From Dehalococcoidia bacterium (lineage in GTDB: Bacteria; Chloroflexota; Dehalococcoidia; Lucifugimonadales; UBA3495): 64,000 bases of DNA. The position numbers were made by a program, and so were the translations under genes. The notes under the pieces are model-generated. The model saw only the letters and a program-made list of their open reading frames with translations. It was not told the origin of the DNA and ran no database searches. This document shows positions 20,472 to 29,779 of this stretch, piece after piece. Location: positions 117,651 through 181,650 of the forward strand of contig JBJKVO010000016.1 in NCBI GenBank assembly GCA_045562555.1, given 5' to 3'. Numbering within the stretch: position 1 is the first letter of the stretch; the number at the start of each line of letters is the position of its first letter.

Positions 20472-22241
20472 CTAATCATTTTTTAATGTAATGCCCAAGT
20501 CGTTGAGCTGAGCGCCATCTACTAAAGAGGGAGCTCCAAAAAGCAAGTCAGTTCCGCTTTGGGTTTTGGGGAATGCTATGACGTCTCTTATGGAATCTGT
20601 CCCGGACAAAATAGTTACAAGACGATCGATGCCTGGAGCAATTCCTCCATGAGGCGGAGCGCCGTATTGGAAAGCTTCTAATATTTGCCCAAATTGGGAA
20701 TGTATTTCTGCTTCCGAGTATCCTAATATTTCGAAGATTTTTTGCTGAGTGGTTTGATCGTGGATTCTGATGCTGCCACTCGCCAATTCCATGCCGTTGC
20801 AAACTAAGTCGTATGCTTTACTTTTGATGTTGCCGTAGTCTCCTGAATCTAGTTTGGATCGATCTTCTTCTTGCGGGGAAGTGAATGGGTGGTGCGAAGA
20901 AGTCCAAGTGTTGCTAGATTCCTCCAACTCGAATAATGGAAATTCTGTAACGAAGCAAAATGCGAGATAATTTGGATCAATTAGTTCGAAAAATTTACCA
21001 AGTTCGATTCTGAACGCTCCGAGCATCGAGTTAAGTTGTCGCTCAGGTCCTCCCATTATCACGATTAGATCTTGATCTTTACTATTCAGGGATTCTCGTA
21101 GTTCCCTTAGTAAAGTGTCGTCGAGGCTTAACCCAGGGGAGAAGACAGCTCCGTCTGGGGATAACCTGATGTGAGCGAGACCTGGAGAACCGACTTCCGA
21201 AGCCATGCGATTTAGGTTCCGTATGGCGTTATTGCTGATGGAGCCTTTGTCAGGGACATTGATTGCTTTAACTTTCCCCCCGTTTTTGATAACTGACTGA
21301 AATACTTGAAAATCTGTTTTTGTGGCAACAGTGGTGATGTCGACCATAGGCAATTCGAATCTTAAGTCCGGTTTATCCGATCCATAGTATTCCATTGCCT
21401 GGTGGTATGTCAGTCTAGGGAACGGCTTGGGTACAACTTTTTCGGGAACAAGCTTTTCTATCATTTGTATGTATAGATGTTCTGTGAGTCGATATATGTC
21501 CTCTTCTTCAACAAAGCTCATTTCCAAATCAAGTTGAGTGAATTCTGGTTGCCTGTCTGCACGTAAATCCTCATCTCTGAAACATCTTGCTATTTGGAAA
21601 TACTTCTCGACGCCTGCAACCATCAGTAACTGCTTCATTTGTTGAGGGGATTGAGGGAGAGCATAAAAAGAACCAGGTTGGAGTCTGCTCGGAACCAAGA
21701 AATCCCTTGCTCCTTCAGGAGTGCTTTTGATAAGAATTGGTGTTTCGATCTCTAAAAAACCTTCTCCATCTAAATAATCCCTGATAAATTTTGTGACCTC
21801 GTATCGTAATTTTAGAATTTTGTACATTTCTGGTCGCCTGAGGTCTAGGTATCTATATTTCAACCTAAGTGCTTCATCTACATCTATATCATCTTCTATG
21901 TAAAACGGCGGAGTCAGAGAAGGGTTTAGGACTTCTATAGTTGACGCCGCCAATTCGAACATTCCAGTAGGCAAGGATGGGTTTTCCGTCCCATCAGGTC
22001 TTGGTTGTATGCTGCCAGCGACTTCGAGGACCCATTCGGATCTCACTTCTTCTGCCACTCGATGAGCATCTGGATGGTCATCTGGGTTAACAGTCACTTG
22101 AAGCAATCCACTGCGGTCCCTGAGGTCAATAAATATCAAGCCTCCGTGATCCCTACGGTTTGAGACCCAACCTTTAACAGTGACTGGTTGCCCGTCATGA
22201 CTGTTATTTACCTCTCCACAATTCGTACGCTGTGTGTCCAA
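20472..22241 (-). CDS. aspS: Aspartate-tRNA ligase, probably non-discriminating
   Basis: RRDHGG and RPDG, STPEGARD, LPQSPQ, CFRDEDLRADRQPEFTQ and GAPPHGG motifs. Confidence 0.97.
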   Translation of the reverse strand: MDTQRTNCGEVNNSHDGQPVTVKGWVSNRRDHGGLIFIDLRDRSGLLQVTVNPDDHPDAHRVAEEVRSEWVLEVAGSIQPRPDGTENPSLPTGMFELAASTIEVLNPSLTPPFYIEDDIDVDEALRLKYRYLDLRRPEMYKILKLRYEVTKFIRDYLDGEGFLEIETPILIKSTPEGARDFLVPSRLQPGSFYALPQSPQQMKQLLMVAGVEKYFQIARCFRDEDLRADRQPEFTQLDLEMSFVEEEDIYRLTEHLYIQMIEKLVPEKVVPKPFPRLTYHQAMEYYGSDKPDLRFELPMVDITTVATKTDFQVFQSVIKNGGKVKAINVPDKGSISNNAIRNLNRMASEVGSPGLAHIRLSPDGAVFSPGLSLDDTLLRELRESLNSKDQDLIVIMGGPERQLNSMLGAFRIELGKFFELIDPNYLAFCFVTEFPLFELEESSNTWTSSHHPFTSPQEEDRSKLDSGDYGNIKSKAYDLVCNGMELASGSIRIHDQTTQQKIFEILGYSEAEIHSQFGQILEAFQYGAPPHGGIAPGIDRLVTILSGTDSIRDVIAFPKTQSGTDLLFGAPSLVDGAQLNDLGITLKND

Positions 22242-22309
22242 ATGAAACTCCTTATTATGAATATTGGTATTATCTAGGTTTTATCGTAAATTTTCTACAG
22301 CCATCACAT

Positions 22310-23878
22310 TTAAGCAGAGATGCTGTCTTGTTGGATTATGTCTAAGTACTCACTCGCTAATAAAGCGAAGTCAGCTGAATGCTCACCATATTCCTGGTAC
22401 ACATCAAGGAAAGAGATCAATGATATACGTATCGCATCTGCATATTGAGTGCTGCTCACAGTTTCTTGGTATTTTATTAACGCTCTTATTGCAATGATGT
22501 TGTCTGGTAAAGGTTTTTCTCGTATAGCCATATATCCCGGTTGCCGTTGCTGCAACTGGATGTCAAAAAAAGCTCCCCTCCTCTCGTCATAATATTCCGA
22601 CATCATGCGATTCGCGAGTTCGTGGAGACGGTCTTCCCAAGGTGCATAAGGGAGAATTGATGTATTTATGGCTGATGCAAGGACTTCAAGTACGCTTGCA
22701 ACGTCTACTAACAAGTTAGTCGGTTCTCCGTCTGCCGTTTCATTGTATGAGTGACTAGACATCTCAGACGATACTTTTGTGTATAGAACTTCTAACATCA
22801 TGATCAGTTCTTCTGAATCTAGAGGTAGTTCGATCCCATTGTTGTATGCTTTGATAATTAAGGATGCTTGTTTTGCGGTGGACGATATGTAAGACCAAGA
22901 ATCAGCGGAAGGGCCAACGGAGTGGGTTTTCGCTAATGAGGTCATGCCGAAATATGAAGAATCAGCTCCGATACTCCCTCTGTATGATTTACTCTGTTTA
23001 AGATATAAGTCACGGTGGATAAATGCAGTGATGCTTTGGTAGGCTTGCAAATATTTCTGGTCACCCAAGAGGAGTCCTGCAGAGAGGAAGCTTCTGCTTA
23101 GAGCTGTATTGTCATCGAGTAATTTTTCATATTGAGGGTCATTCCAGTCTCGGGTTTTGGTGTACCGGAAAACACCACCTTCGTCTTTGTCAGTCATCGA
23201 TGACGTGGTTAATGCATCCAGGGTTTTGCGGATTATAAGTTCGTAAAATGGTTCCTGAGTTTGTTGGAACAAGTAAATCATTAAAGATATGACCGGTGCA
23301 TTGGGAAACTTAGGTTCGTACCCAAAGCCACCATACAGAGGGTCATATGTTCCTATACTCATCCTGGCGATAGACTCTATGAGGTTCCTGTCAATGATTC
23401 TAGGTTCAACTTCTGTGCTTACCTGAGAGAGACCTACTCTCGCTGCACGCTGCTGCTGTTGAAGGAACAGCTCTCTTGAACGGTCGTATAGGCCTGGTTT
23501 GTCTTGGTTGTATGCGTCAGTAACTTCACTCAGCATTGAAAACAGTTGGTCGGGCGTAAGATATGTGGCACCGGCTAGCATGCCTCCGTGAGGCGTCAGG
23601 ATAGCGGTTGTCGGCCATCCTCCAACGTTATATCTAAAATTTAATTCTGGTCTTTGATCGTTGTCCACAAGTACTGGGATATAATTGTCATTTACATGAG
23701 ATACCACTGCTTGATCTAAATAGGTGTCTTCTAACATGACGTGGCACCAGTAGCACCACTCGGCTGTGATCATTAACAAGATAGGTTTGTCTCTTAGTTG
23801 AGCCATTTTGAACGTGGATTCGTTCCAAGTTTGCCAAGAGATCCCTTTGTCTGTACTACTATCAGGTTGTGTATTCAT
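22310..23878 (-). CDS. DUF255/YyaL-like thioredoxin-domain protein (short form)
   Basis: WCYWCHVM, GGWPT, GGFG..PKFP and EKLLDDN motifs. Confidence 0.85.
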   Translation of the reverse strand: MNTQPDSSTDKGISWQTWNESTFKMAQLRDKPILLMITAEWCYWCHVMLEDTYLDQAVVSHVNDNYIPVLVDNDQRPELNFRYNVGGWPTTAILTPHGGMLAGATYLTPDQLFSMLSEVTDAYNQDKPGLYDRSRELFLQQQQRAARVGLSQVSTEVEPRIIDRNLIESIARMSIGTYDPLYGGFGYEPKFPNAPVISLMIYLFQQTQEPFYELIIRKTLDALTTSSMTDKDEGGVFRYTKTRDWNDPQYEKLLDDNTALSRSFLSAGLLLGDQKYLQAYQSITAFIHRDLYLKQSKSYRGSIGADSSYFGMTSLAKTHSVGPSADSWSYISSTAKQASLIIKAYNNGIELPLDSEELIMMLEVLYTKVSSEMSSHSYNETADGEPTNLLVDVASVLEVLASAINTSILPYAPWEDRLHELANRMMSEYYDERRGAFFDIQLQQRQPGYMAIREKPLPDNIIAIRALIKYQETVSSTQYADAIRISLISFLDVYQEYGEHSADFALLASEYLDIIQQDSISA

Positions 23879-23902
23879 TCATGTCCACAAGGAAAATATA
23901 GA

Positions 23903-23978
23903 TGGTACGCCTGGAGGGACTCGAACCCCCAACACCTAGTTCCGAAGACTAGTGCTCTATCCATTGAGCTACAGGCGC
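23903..23978 (-). tRNA. tRNA-Arg (anticodon UCG)
   Basis: Reverse complement GCGCCTGTAGCTCAATGGATAGAGCA-CTAGT-CTTCGGA-ACTAG-GTGTTGGGGGTTCGAGTCCCTCCAGGCGTACCA folds into a cloverleaf with encoded CCA. Confidence 0.95.
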
Positions 23979-24006
23979 ACAGTACCCTAAATTGGCTGTT
24001 GCCAAA

Positions 24007-24084
24007 TGGGGCGAGCGATGGGATTCGAACCCACGATCTCCTGGACCACAACCAGGCGCCTTAGGCCACTTGGCTACGCTCGCC
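24007..24084 (-). tRNA. tRNA-His (anticodon GUG), with G-1 and C73
   Basis: Reverse complement GGCGAGCGTAGCCAAGTGGCCTAAGGCG-CCTGG-TTGTGGT-CCAGG-AGATCGTGGGTTCGAATCCCATCGCTCGCCCCA. Confidence 0.96.
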
Positions 24085-24095
24085 ACAGGAGGTGA

Positions 24096-24104
24096 ATTAT
24101 ATCA
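24096..24104 (-). promoter_or_regulatory. Extended -10 promoter for the tRNA-His/tRNA-Arg pair
   Basis: TGATATAAT on the minus strand, 11 bp upstream of tRNA-His. Confidence 0.65.
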
Positions 24105-24219
24105 TATATAGAACACGGTTGGATCTGGTGAATTTAAGGAATGGACTGTAATGAAAGTGATAGAAAAAAACTTTATAATGTATACATTGATTTAATAATT
24201 TTGATAGCGTAATTCTCCT

Positions 24220-24735
24220 ATGGTTAAAAAATATGCCAACATAAGACTCAGCCTTGATGTCAAGGAAGCGATAGACCAGTTGTCAAAAGATTTCGGGAGT
24301 GCAGATAACGTTCTCAGAGGGTTGTTAGGGCTGCCGTTAACCGCGCATGTGGCCAGAACCCATGCACAGACTATCCCCATGCAACTGATGATAGTCATCG
24401 TCCTCAAGATGCTCGAAAATGAATGCGCAATGTCACGGAATCAGTTGGTTCAAATGTTTGAATCAAAACTCATAAAAATCCCTGAGAATTTCAAGAAGGA
24501 TCGGCAGGTACTGTCCAGTAATTTGAGACCCCGATGGTACTCGAAGCTGGGAAATGCGATCCAGCAAGGCAGGAAATCTGGTCTTATAACAGTCCAAGAA
24601 GATAATACGTATTCAGGAAAAGCATTATGGATGATCACCGAAAAAGGTAGGCAACACCTTAGCCGGACAGAACCGTTGGTTGTGCAGGCGTCTCGAGATC
24701 CTAGTTCTTCTTTCATTCTGAATTTGTTAAAGTAA
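24220..24735 (+). CDS. Hypothetical DNA-binding protein: SeqA-N/RHH-like N-terminus plus Mrr-N-like winged helix
   Basis: N-terminal IRLSLDVKEAIDQL..GSADNVLRGLLGL. C-terminal PRWYSKLGNA..RKSGLI..WMITEKG. Confidence 0.65.
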   Translation: MVKKYANIRLSLDVKEAIDQLSKDFGSADNVLRGLLGLPLTAHVARTHAQTIPMQLMIVIVLKMLENECAMSRNQLVQMFESKLIKIPENFKKDRQVLSSNLRPRWYSKLGNAIQQGRKSGLITVQEDNTYSGKALWMITEKGRQHLSRTEPLVVQASRDPSSSFILNLLK

Positions 24736-24760
24736 TATACAGGTATAAAGAGAGGAATAA

Positions 24761-26509
24761 ATGGGAAAGCACTTTAAGGTTCAATTAATGAGATTATCAA
24801 TCGGATTGTTTGCGAGTTTGCTATTTTTTGGTTGTTCGTCGACCACCGACTCTGAAGAATGGTCCGCTCCTGAAATCCAGAATGGTATTGTAAAAAATGA
24901 ACAGGCTTCCGGAAGTGCTCAGAGCCAAAGCCCAGATTTGCCCTTGTACAACCCTGGCTACTCTGATATCACTCAAGCGTCAGATCTTCCACAGGGCGGG
25001 ACTTTCGTACGATTATATTCCGATCCGCCGTCATTGGACCCTCACACGACCTCAGACGCCACTTCATCTACAGTGATAGTGGAGATCTATGGAGGATTGG
25101 TCACAATTGACCCTAATTTGAATTTTGTCCCAGATCTTGCGGATAGCTGGGAAATCAGCCCCGATGGTAGAACGTATAAATTCATGCTAAATAAAAATGC
25201 AAAGTTCCATGATGGAACCTCGGTTACTGCCGAAGATTTCAAATGGTCGTTTGAGAGAGCGGCGTCACCTGACACTAAGTCGATCGTTGCCAGCACTTAT
25301 CTAGGTGACATTGTGGGAGTTAACGATAAACTTGCAAGCAAAACTTCTTCTGTTGAAGGCGTGAAGGTAATTGATGACCACACACTCACCCTTACAATTG
25401 ATCAGCCTAAAGCATACTTCTTGCCTAAGCTAACCTATCCGACCGCTTTTGTACTGGATAAAAAGTCTATCAATGCAGCCCCTGACACATGGATGTTCAA
25501 TCCCAATGGTACTGGTCCATTTGTAATGTCGGCCTATACTCCAGGCGAATACTTGCAGTTAAAAAGAAACAATCTGTATCATCTTGGGCCTCCTAATCTA
25601 GATTCGGTTGACATGATCCTTAGCGGCGGCAACAGTATGATCATGTATGAGAACGATGAAATACACATTTCAGGAATAGGTATTGATGACCTTGACCGGG
25701 CTTTAGACCCTAATAGTAATATTTACCCGGACGTAGTCAAAGCTCCTCCTTCTTTTAACGTTAACTACATAGGGATGAATGTTAATGAACCGCCTTTTGA
25801 TGATCCTAAAGTCCGGCAAGCACTCAACATGTCCATCAACAAGGCTACGATCGCAGAAACATTGTATGGAGGACTTATTATTCCTGCTAATGGAATTTTG
25901 CCCTTCGGATTTCCTGGGTTTTCGGACGATGTGAAAGGGTATGACTATGATCCAGAAAAAGCTAAGACTTTATTGTCGGAATCGCGTTATGGATCAGATT
26001 TAAGCAGTATGCCCACAATTCAGCTCAGTATACCAGGTGGCTTCGGAGCTCCAATCGATCTGGATTTAGAGGTTATGCTCCAGGAATGGGAACAAAATCT
26101 AGGGATCACGGTTAATATTCAACAAACTGAATGGGCGACTTTCCTTCAGGATTTGAACAAAAGAAGATTTCAAATGTTCAAAGTCGGCTGGATCGCCGAT
26201 TACCCAGACCCCGAAAATTTCTTGGATGTGCTATTTCATAGCGAGAGCACAAATAACCATACTGGGTACACAAGTGCTGCTGTGGATGAATTGCTGAATA
26301 AAGCGCGTGTAGAAAGTGACAGATCAAACCGGTTTGATCTGTACAACCAAGCCGAACAAAGAATCCTCGATGACGCACCATGGATACCTTTATGGAATAG
26401 CGCGGAAGGGTATCTCCTGGTTAAGCCAGAGGTCAAAAATTATTATTTGACACCGTTGTCAATTCCTAAACTTAGGTATATATATTTTGAAGCTGGATCT
26501 GGATCGTAA
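24761..26509 (+). CDS. Peptide/nickel ABC transporter substrate-binding lipoprotein (family 5)
   Basis: Lipobox-like LFFGC, plus DPPSLDP, PDLADSW, AKFHDG, GTGPF, PPFDDPKVRQA and WIADYPDP motifs. Confidence 0.95.
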   Translation: MGKHFKVQLMRLSIGLFASLLFFGCSSTTDSEEWSAPEIQNGIVKNEQASGSAQSQSPDLPLYNPGYSDITQASDLPQGGTFVRLYSDPPSLDPHTTSDATSSTVIVEIYGGLVTIDPNLNFVPDLADSWEISPDGRTYKFMLNKNAKFHDGTSVTAEDFKWSFERAASPDTKSIVASTYLGDIVGVNDKLASKTSSVEGVKVIDDHTLTLTIDQPKAYFLPKLTYPTAFVLDKKSINAAPDTWMFNPNGTGPFVMSAYTPGEYLQLKRNNLYHLGPPNLDSVDMILSGGNSMIMYENDEIHISGIGIDDLDRALDPNSNIYPDVVKAPPSFNVNYIGMNVNEPPFDDPKVRQALNMSINKATIAETLYGGLIIPANGILPFGFPGFSDDVKGYDYDPEKAKTLLSESRYGSDLSSMPTIQLSIPGGFGAPIDLDLEVMLQEWEQNLGITVNIQQTEWATFLQDLNKRRFQMFKVGWIADYPDPENFLDVLFHSESTNNHTGYTSAAVDELLNKARVESDRSNRFDLYNQAEQRILDDAPWIPLWNSAEGYLLVKPEVKNYYLTPLSIPKLRYIYFEAGSGS

Positions 26510-27454
26510 TTGAAGAGTTACGTGGTCCGGCGATTGCTCTGGACGCCAGTTCTTGTACTGATCGTAACCTTTATTACTTTTGTGTTGGGCAGATATGGCC
26601 CAGGAGACCCTGTTGAAGTGTTGATGGGGCAATATAATGACCCCTCAACAGCGGCCAGAATAGCATCGGAATACCATTTAGACAGACCCGTAATTGTGCA
26701 ATACGGATTGTATATTGGAAATGTATTAACCGGAGACTTCGGAGAAAGTTATAAATATAAAAACCGGAAAGTTTCAGATTTGATTAAAAATCGGATACCG
26801 GTCTCTGCAAAACTAGGTGCTGCTGCATTACTGTTATCAATCATTCTTGGTGTTCCGACAGGGATATATGCCGCTTATCGGCAGGGTACTATCAAGGACT
26901 CTTTATCTATTGGTCTAACCCTCCTGGGTCAATCTATCCCTATTTTTCTTACAGCTCCTGTCCTTTTACTTGTTTTCGCCCTAAAGATACCAATTTTCCC
27001 AACACATGGCCTAAGTGGCTTTTTTGATCTAGGAATCGTCTTGCCGGCAATAGTGATGGGGATACCTGGTACTGCAATTATAGCTAGACTGACCCGGGCA
27101 TCTACTCTTGAGGTGTTATCGCAGGACTTCGTGCGGACTGCCCACGCTAAAGGATTAAGTTCGACATATATTGCTTTTTTTCATGTGTTTAGGAATGCTA
27201 TGATCCCGTTAGTTACGACGTTAGGATTCGCTTTGGCAGGGCTTATCAGTGGATCTTTCATAGTAGAAGCGTTTTTTGGCATACCGGGAGTGGGTCTTCT
27301 TGCAGTGGAATCTTTTTTCTCACGAGACTATCCTGTGATAATGGCGTTGATCATTATTGGTACCACTGCGTTTGCATTGGCAAACTTAATAGTAGATCTA
27401 ATCTATCCTATTATAGATCCCAGAATACGAGTGGGAGGTGGAGCTAATGACTAA
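26510..27454 (+). CDS. Peptide ABC transporter permease (OppB/DppB-like)
   Basis: PGDP, GDFGESY, DFVRTAHAKG and RDYPVI motifs. Confidence 0.95.
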   Translation: MKSYVVRRLLWTPVLVLIVTFITFVLGRYGPGDPVEVLMGQYNDPSTAARIASEYHLDRPVIVQYGLYIGNVLTGDFGESYKYKNRKVSDLIKNRIPVSAKLGAAALLLSIILGVPTGIYAAYRQGTIKDSLSIGLTLLGQSIPIFLTAPVLLLVFALKIPIFPTHGLSGFFDLGIVLPAIVMGIPGTAIIARLTRASTLEVLSQDFVRTAHAKGLSSTYIAFFHVFRNAMIPLVTTLGFALAGLISGSFIVEAFFGIPGVGLLAVESFFSRDYPVIMALIIIGTTAFALANLIVDLIYPIIDPRIRVGGGAND

Positions 27455-28391
27455 ACCACAGTATTCTGGAGGGTTTTTCATCAGCTCTGTCAAAAGATTA
27501 GGTAAACATAGAATAGGACTCGCATGTTTAGTTATTATTGGAATATTATATGGTTCTGGAATGTGCGCTTCTTTGGTGTCTCCATATGGGTACAACGAAC
27601 AAAATCTTCTTGAGGCCAAACAAGGGCCTTCTGTGGCGCACCCATTCGGAACGGATCGCTTGGGCAGAGATATATTGAGCCGTGTAATATACGGTCTTAG
27701 AACTACTGTAATTATTACGCTGACATCCTTGATTGGAGGAAGTTTGCTACTCGGCATCACGTTTGGATTGATAGCAGGCTATTACGGGCGCTGGGTTGAC
27801 GGACTAGTGATGCGGATTGGAGAGATAACATCGTCGTTTCCTGACATATTTCTGGTTTTGCTGATCGTGGCGACTGTTAAACCCCGGTTAGTTGAATTTT
27901 TGTATAGTTACGATAACGTGATAGATGTCGATAGTCTTATCAGGTTGGGGGTTGTGGATTATGCAGTGATTGCATTCGCTTTAGCCATATTTTCTTGGTT
28001 CGGCATGGCTAGGTTAGTGAGGGGGCAGGTGCTGCAAATCAGAGAATCTCAATATATAGATGCCGCCGTAGCTGCAGGAGCGTCCACTCCGAGAATATTG
28101 TTCGTGCATGTTCTGCCTAACACCTTGGCTCCTATTATCGTGTCAATCTCGACCAGTCTTGCTGGCATTGCTGGCGCCGAAATAGTCTTAAGTTGGATTG
28201 GAATAGGTATACAGCCTCCTACTCCAAGTTTGGGGGTAATGATTTTTGAAAATGGCAACATATCTGTTCTCCGTACCAACCCTCATATGATCTTGTTCCC
28301 AGTTGGTATCGTGGGCCTTCTATTGTTCACATTTAATTTGGTGGGGGATGCGGTAGTTGATGCCTTCAATCCAAGGGCCCGTCGAGGTTAA
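27447..28391 (+). CDS. Peptide ABC transporter permease (OppC/DppC-like)
   Basis: HPFGTDRLGRDILSR, ARLVRGQ, EAA-like loop and HVLPN motifs. Confidence 0.95.
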   Translation: MTKPQYSGGFFISSVKRLGKHRIGLACLVIIGILYGSGMCASLVSPYGYNEQNLLEAKQGPSVAHPFGTDRLGRDILSRVIYGLRTTVIITLTSLIGGSLLLGITFGLIAGYYGRWVDGLVMRIGEITSSFPDIFLVLLIVATVKPRLVEFLYSYDNVIDVDSLIRLGVVDYAVIAFALAIFSWFGMARLVRGQVLQIRESQYIDAAVAAGASTPRILFVHVLPNTLAPIIVSISTSLAGIAGAEIVLSWIGIGIQPPTPSLGVMIFENGNISVLRTNPHMILFPVGIVGLLLFTFNLVGDAVVDAFNPRARRG

Positions 28392-29704
28392 TGTGATTTG
28401 CGGCCGAACATGCAGAAAGGTGCTATAACCAACAGAATAGCGGCCAAATCCAAAGGTGTATCTGATCCTGAAGACTGGCAAGAACCAATCGCACGCGAGC
28501 TGCTATCGGTGTCGGAAGGTTGATTTCCTGCAGGAGAGTGTTGAGGAACAGTTGGTTCAGCATTTGAATCGGGTTCCTCTCCCAAAGACTTTTTCCATTC
28601 GATCTCTAGTTCGTCTAGCGTGATGCCGTAAGTTAGCTGGAACGCTTGGTCGTTACTTAGACTCATTTTAAAGTTATCTATGAGCTCAGCGAATGAATTT
28701 CGACCGTATTCGCTCGCAAGATAAGAGACTACGGAACTTCCTTTCCCGTAAGCTGCGATGATGTCTGCAGGGGAACCAGAAAAAGTGTTTAGAAATTTTA
28801 TGTGCTTATCGGTTTTGCTAGAGATTGCTTGGTTTAAAGCTGATTGATAATCGTTCGCTGGGCTCTGATTACCATATTCTGCGAGTCCCTCATCGAGCCA
28901 AGCAGGTAGCCTTGTGTGGAATCGTCCTACGGCGTCGTGTAGAAGCAGGTGCATGAATTCATGAGAGGTAGTACTTTTGAGTGACCGGCTACCAGCGTAT
29001 ATCACTGCAGTGCGTTCTTCAGTGAATGCCATACCCTGGGTCATTAAGTTTTCAGCAGTAGTGGCTGACCGAAACGGGAGAATTTTTTCCATGTCACTAT
29101 AATTGGAATAAAGTACTAAGTTGAACTTTTGTTTGGGGGAATGATTAAACATAGGCAGGGCAAACTCTGCCGTAGATTCAGCGATGGAGAGTGTTGTTTC
29201 TGCATTACTCGCAGATGAAGTGTCATGATAATAAATATTGACCATTGAGGTTGAGAGTTTTTGCCACTGGAAGTTCGGATCTAGATATAAGATCTCCTTC
29301 GGTTTAGTACGGGCCAAAATGCTATCGTCTCCAAATGCTTCTGCGAAATACGATATAGTTGTCCCTGGCGGTATGTAGGTTCCTGCTCTTTGGCTGTTGA
29401 TAGACAAGAGCAGAGGTCCCTGGTCAGTCACGGGAGAAGTACGGTACCCAGTTTTATTGCTTTGTCCATTGACTTTGTAATTAATTTTGACGTCGCTAAA
29501 GCTAACGAGGTCAGGGGAACTTATCACAAAAGTTATCCCTTCAGGAAAGTTGTTTATAGCTTCAACGGTAAGCAACGAGTCTTGATGCTCATGAGGAAAC
29601 ATGTCGGTCGTTACAGGGGTAGAGAAGCGGGCATATATTTCCGAAGGATTTGTGAAGATCAGGATAAAGCCCATGGCTGCTAGAAAAATCTTTTTATAGT
29701 TCAT
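28388..29704 (-). CDS. Exported peptidase MA-like zinc metalloprotease with C-terminal membrane anchor
   Basis: N-terminal signal peptide, HEFMH..WLDEGLAEY gluzincin motif, C-terminal linker-Cys-TM-basic tail. Confidence 0.85.
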   Translation of the reverse strand: MNYKKIFLAAMGFILIFTNPSEIYARFSTPVTTDMFPHEHQDSLLTVEAINNFPEGITFVISSPDLVSFSDVKINYKVNGQSNKTGYRTSPVTDQGPLLLSINSQRAGTYIPPGTTISYFAEAFGDDSILARTKPKEILYLDPNFQWQKLSTSMVNIYYHDTSSASNAETTLSIAESTAEFALPMFNHSPKQKFNLVLYSNYSDMEKILPFRSATTAENLMTQGMAFTEERTAVIYAGSRSLKSTTSHEFMHLLLHDAVGRFHTRLPAWLDEGLAEYGNQSPANDYQSALNQAISSKTDKHIKFLNTFSGSPADIIAAYGKGSSVVSYLASEYGRNSFAELIDNFKMSLSNDQAFQLTYGITLDELEIEWKKSLGEEPDSNAEPTVPQHSPAGNQPSDTDSSSRAIGSCQSSGSDTPLDLAAILLVIAPFCMFGRKSH

Positions 29705-29779
29705 GGCTCTACTTCTTTGGTTATCCTTGGTGTAATATAAGGTGAATTGTTTACGTATCAGTAGAGGTTATAGTAACGC

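Noticed and set aside
23798-24064. 88-aa ORF on the + strand
   Set aside because: It is the antisense translation of the two tRNA genes
23879-24760. Possible integrative element at the tRNA genes
   Set aside because: No integrase, no duplicated tRNA 3' end seen, and the odd gene lies on the 5' side of the tRNAs
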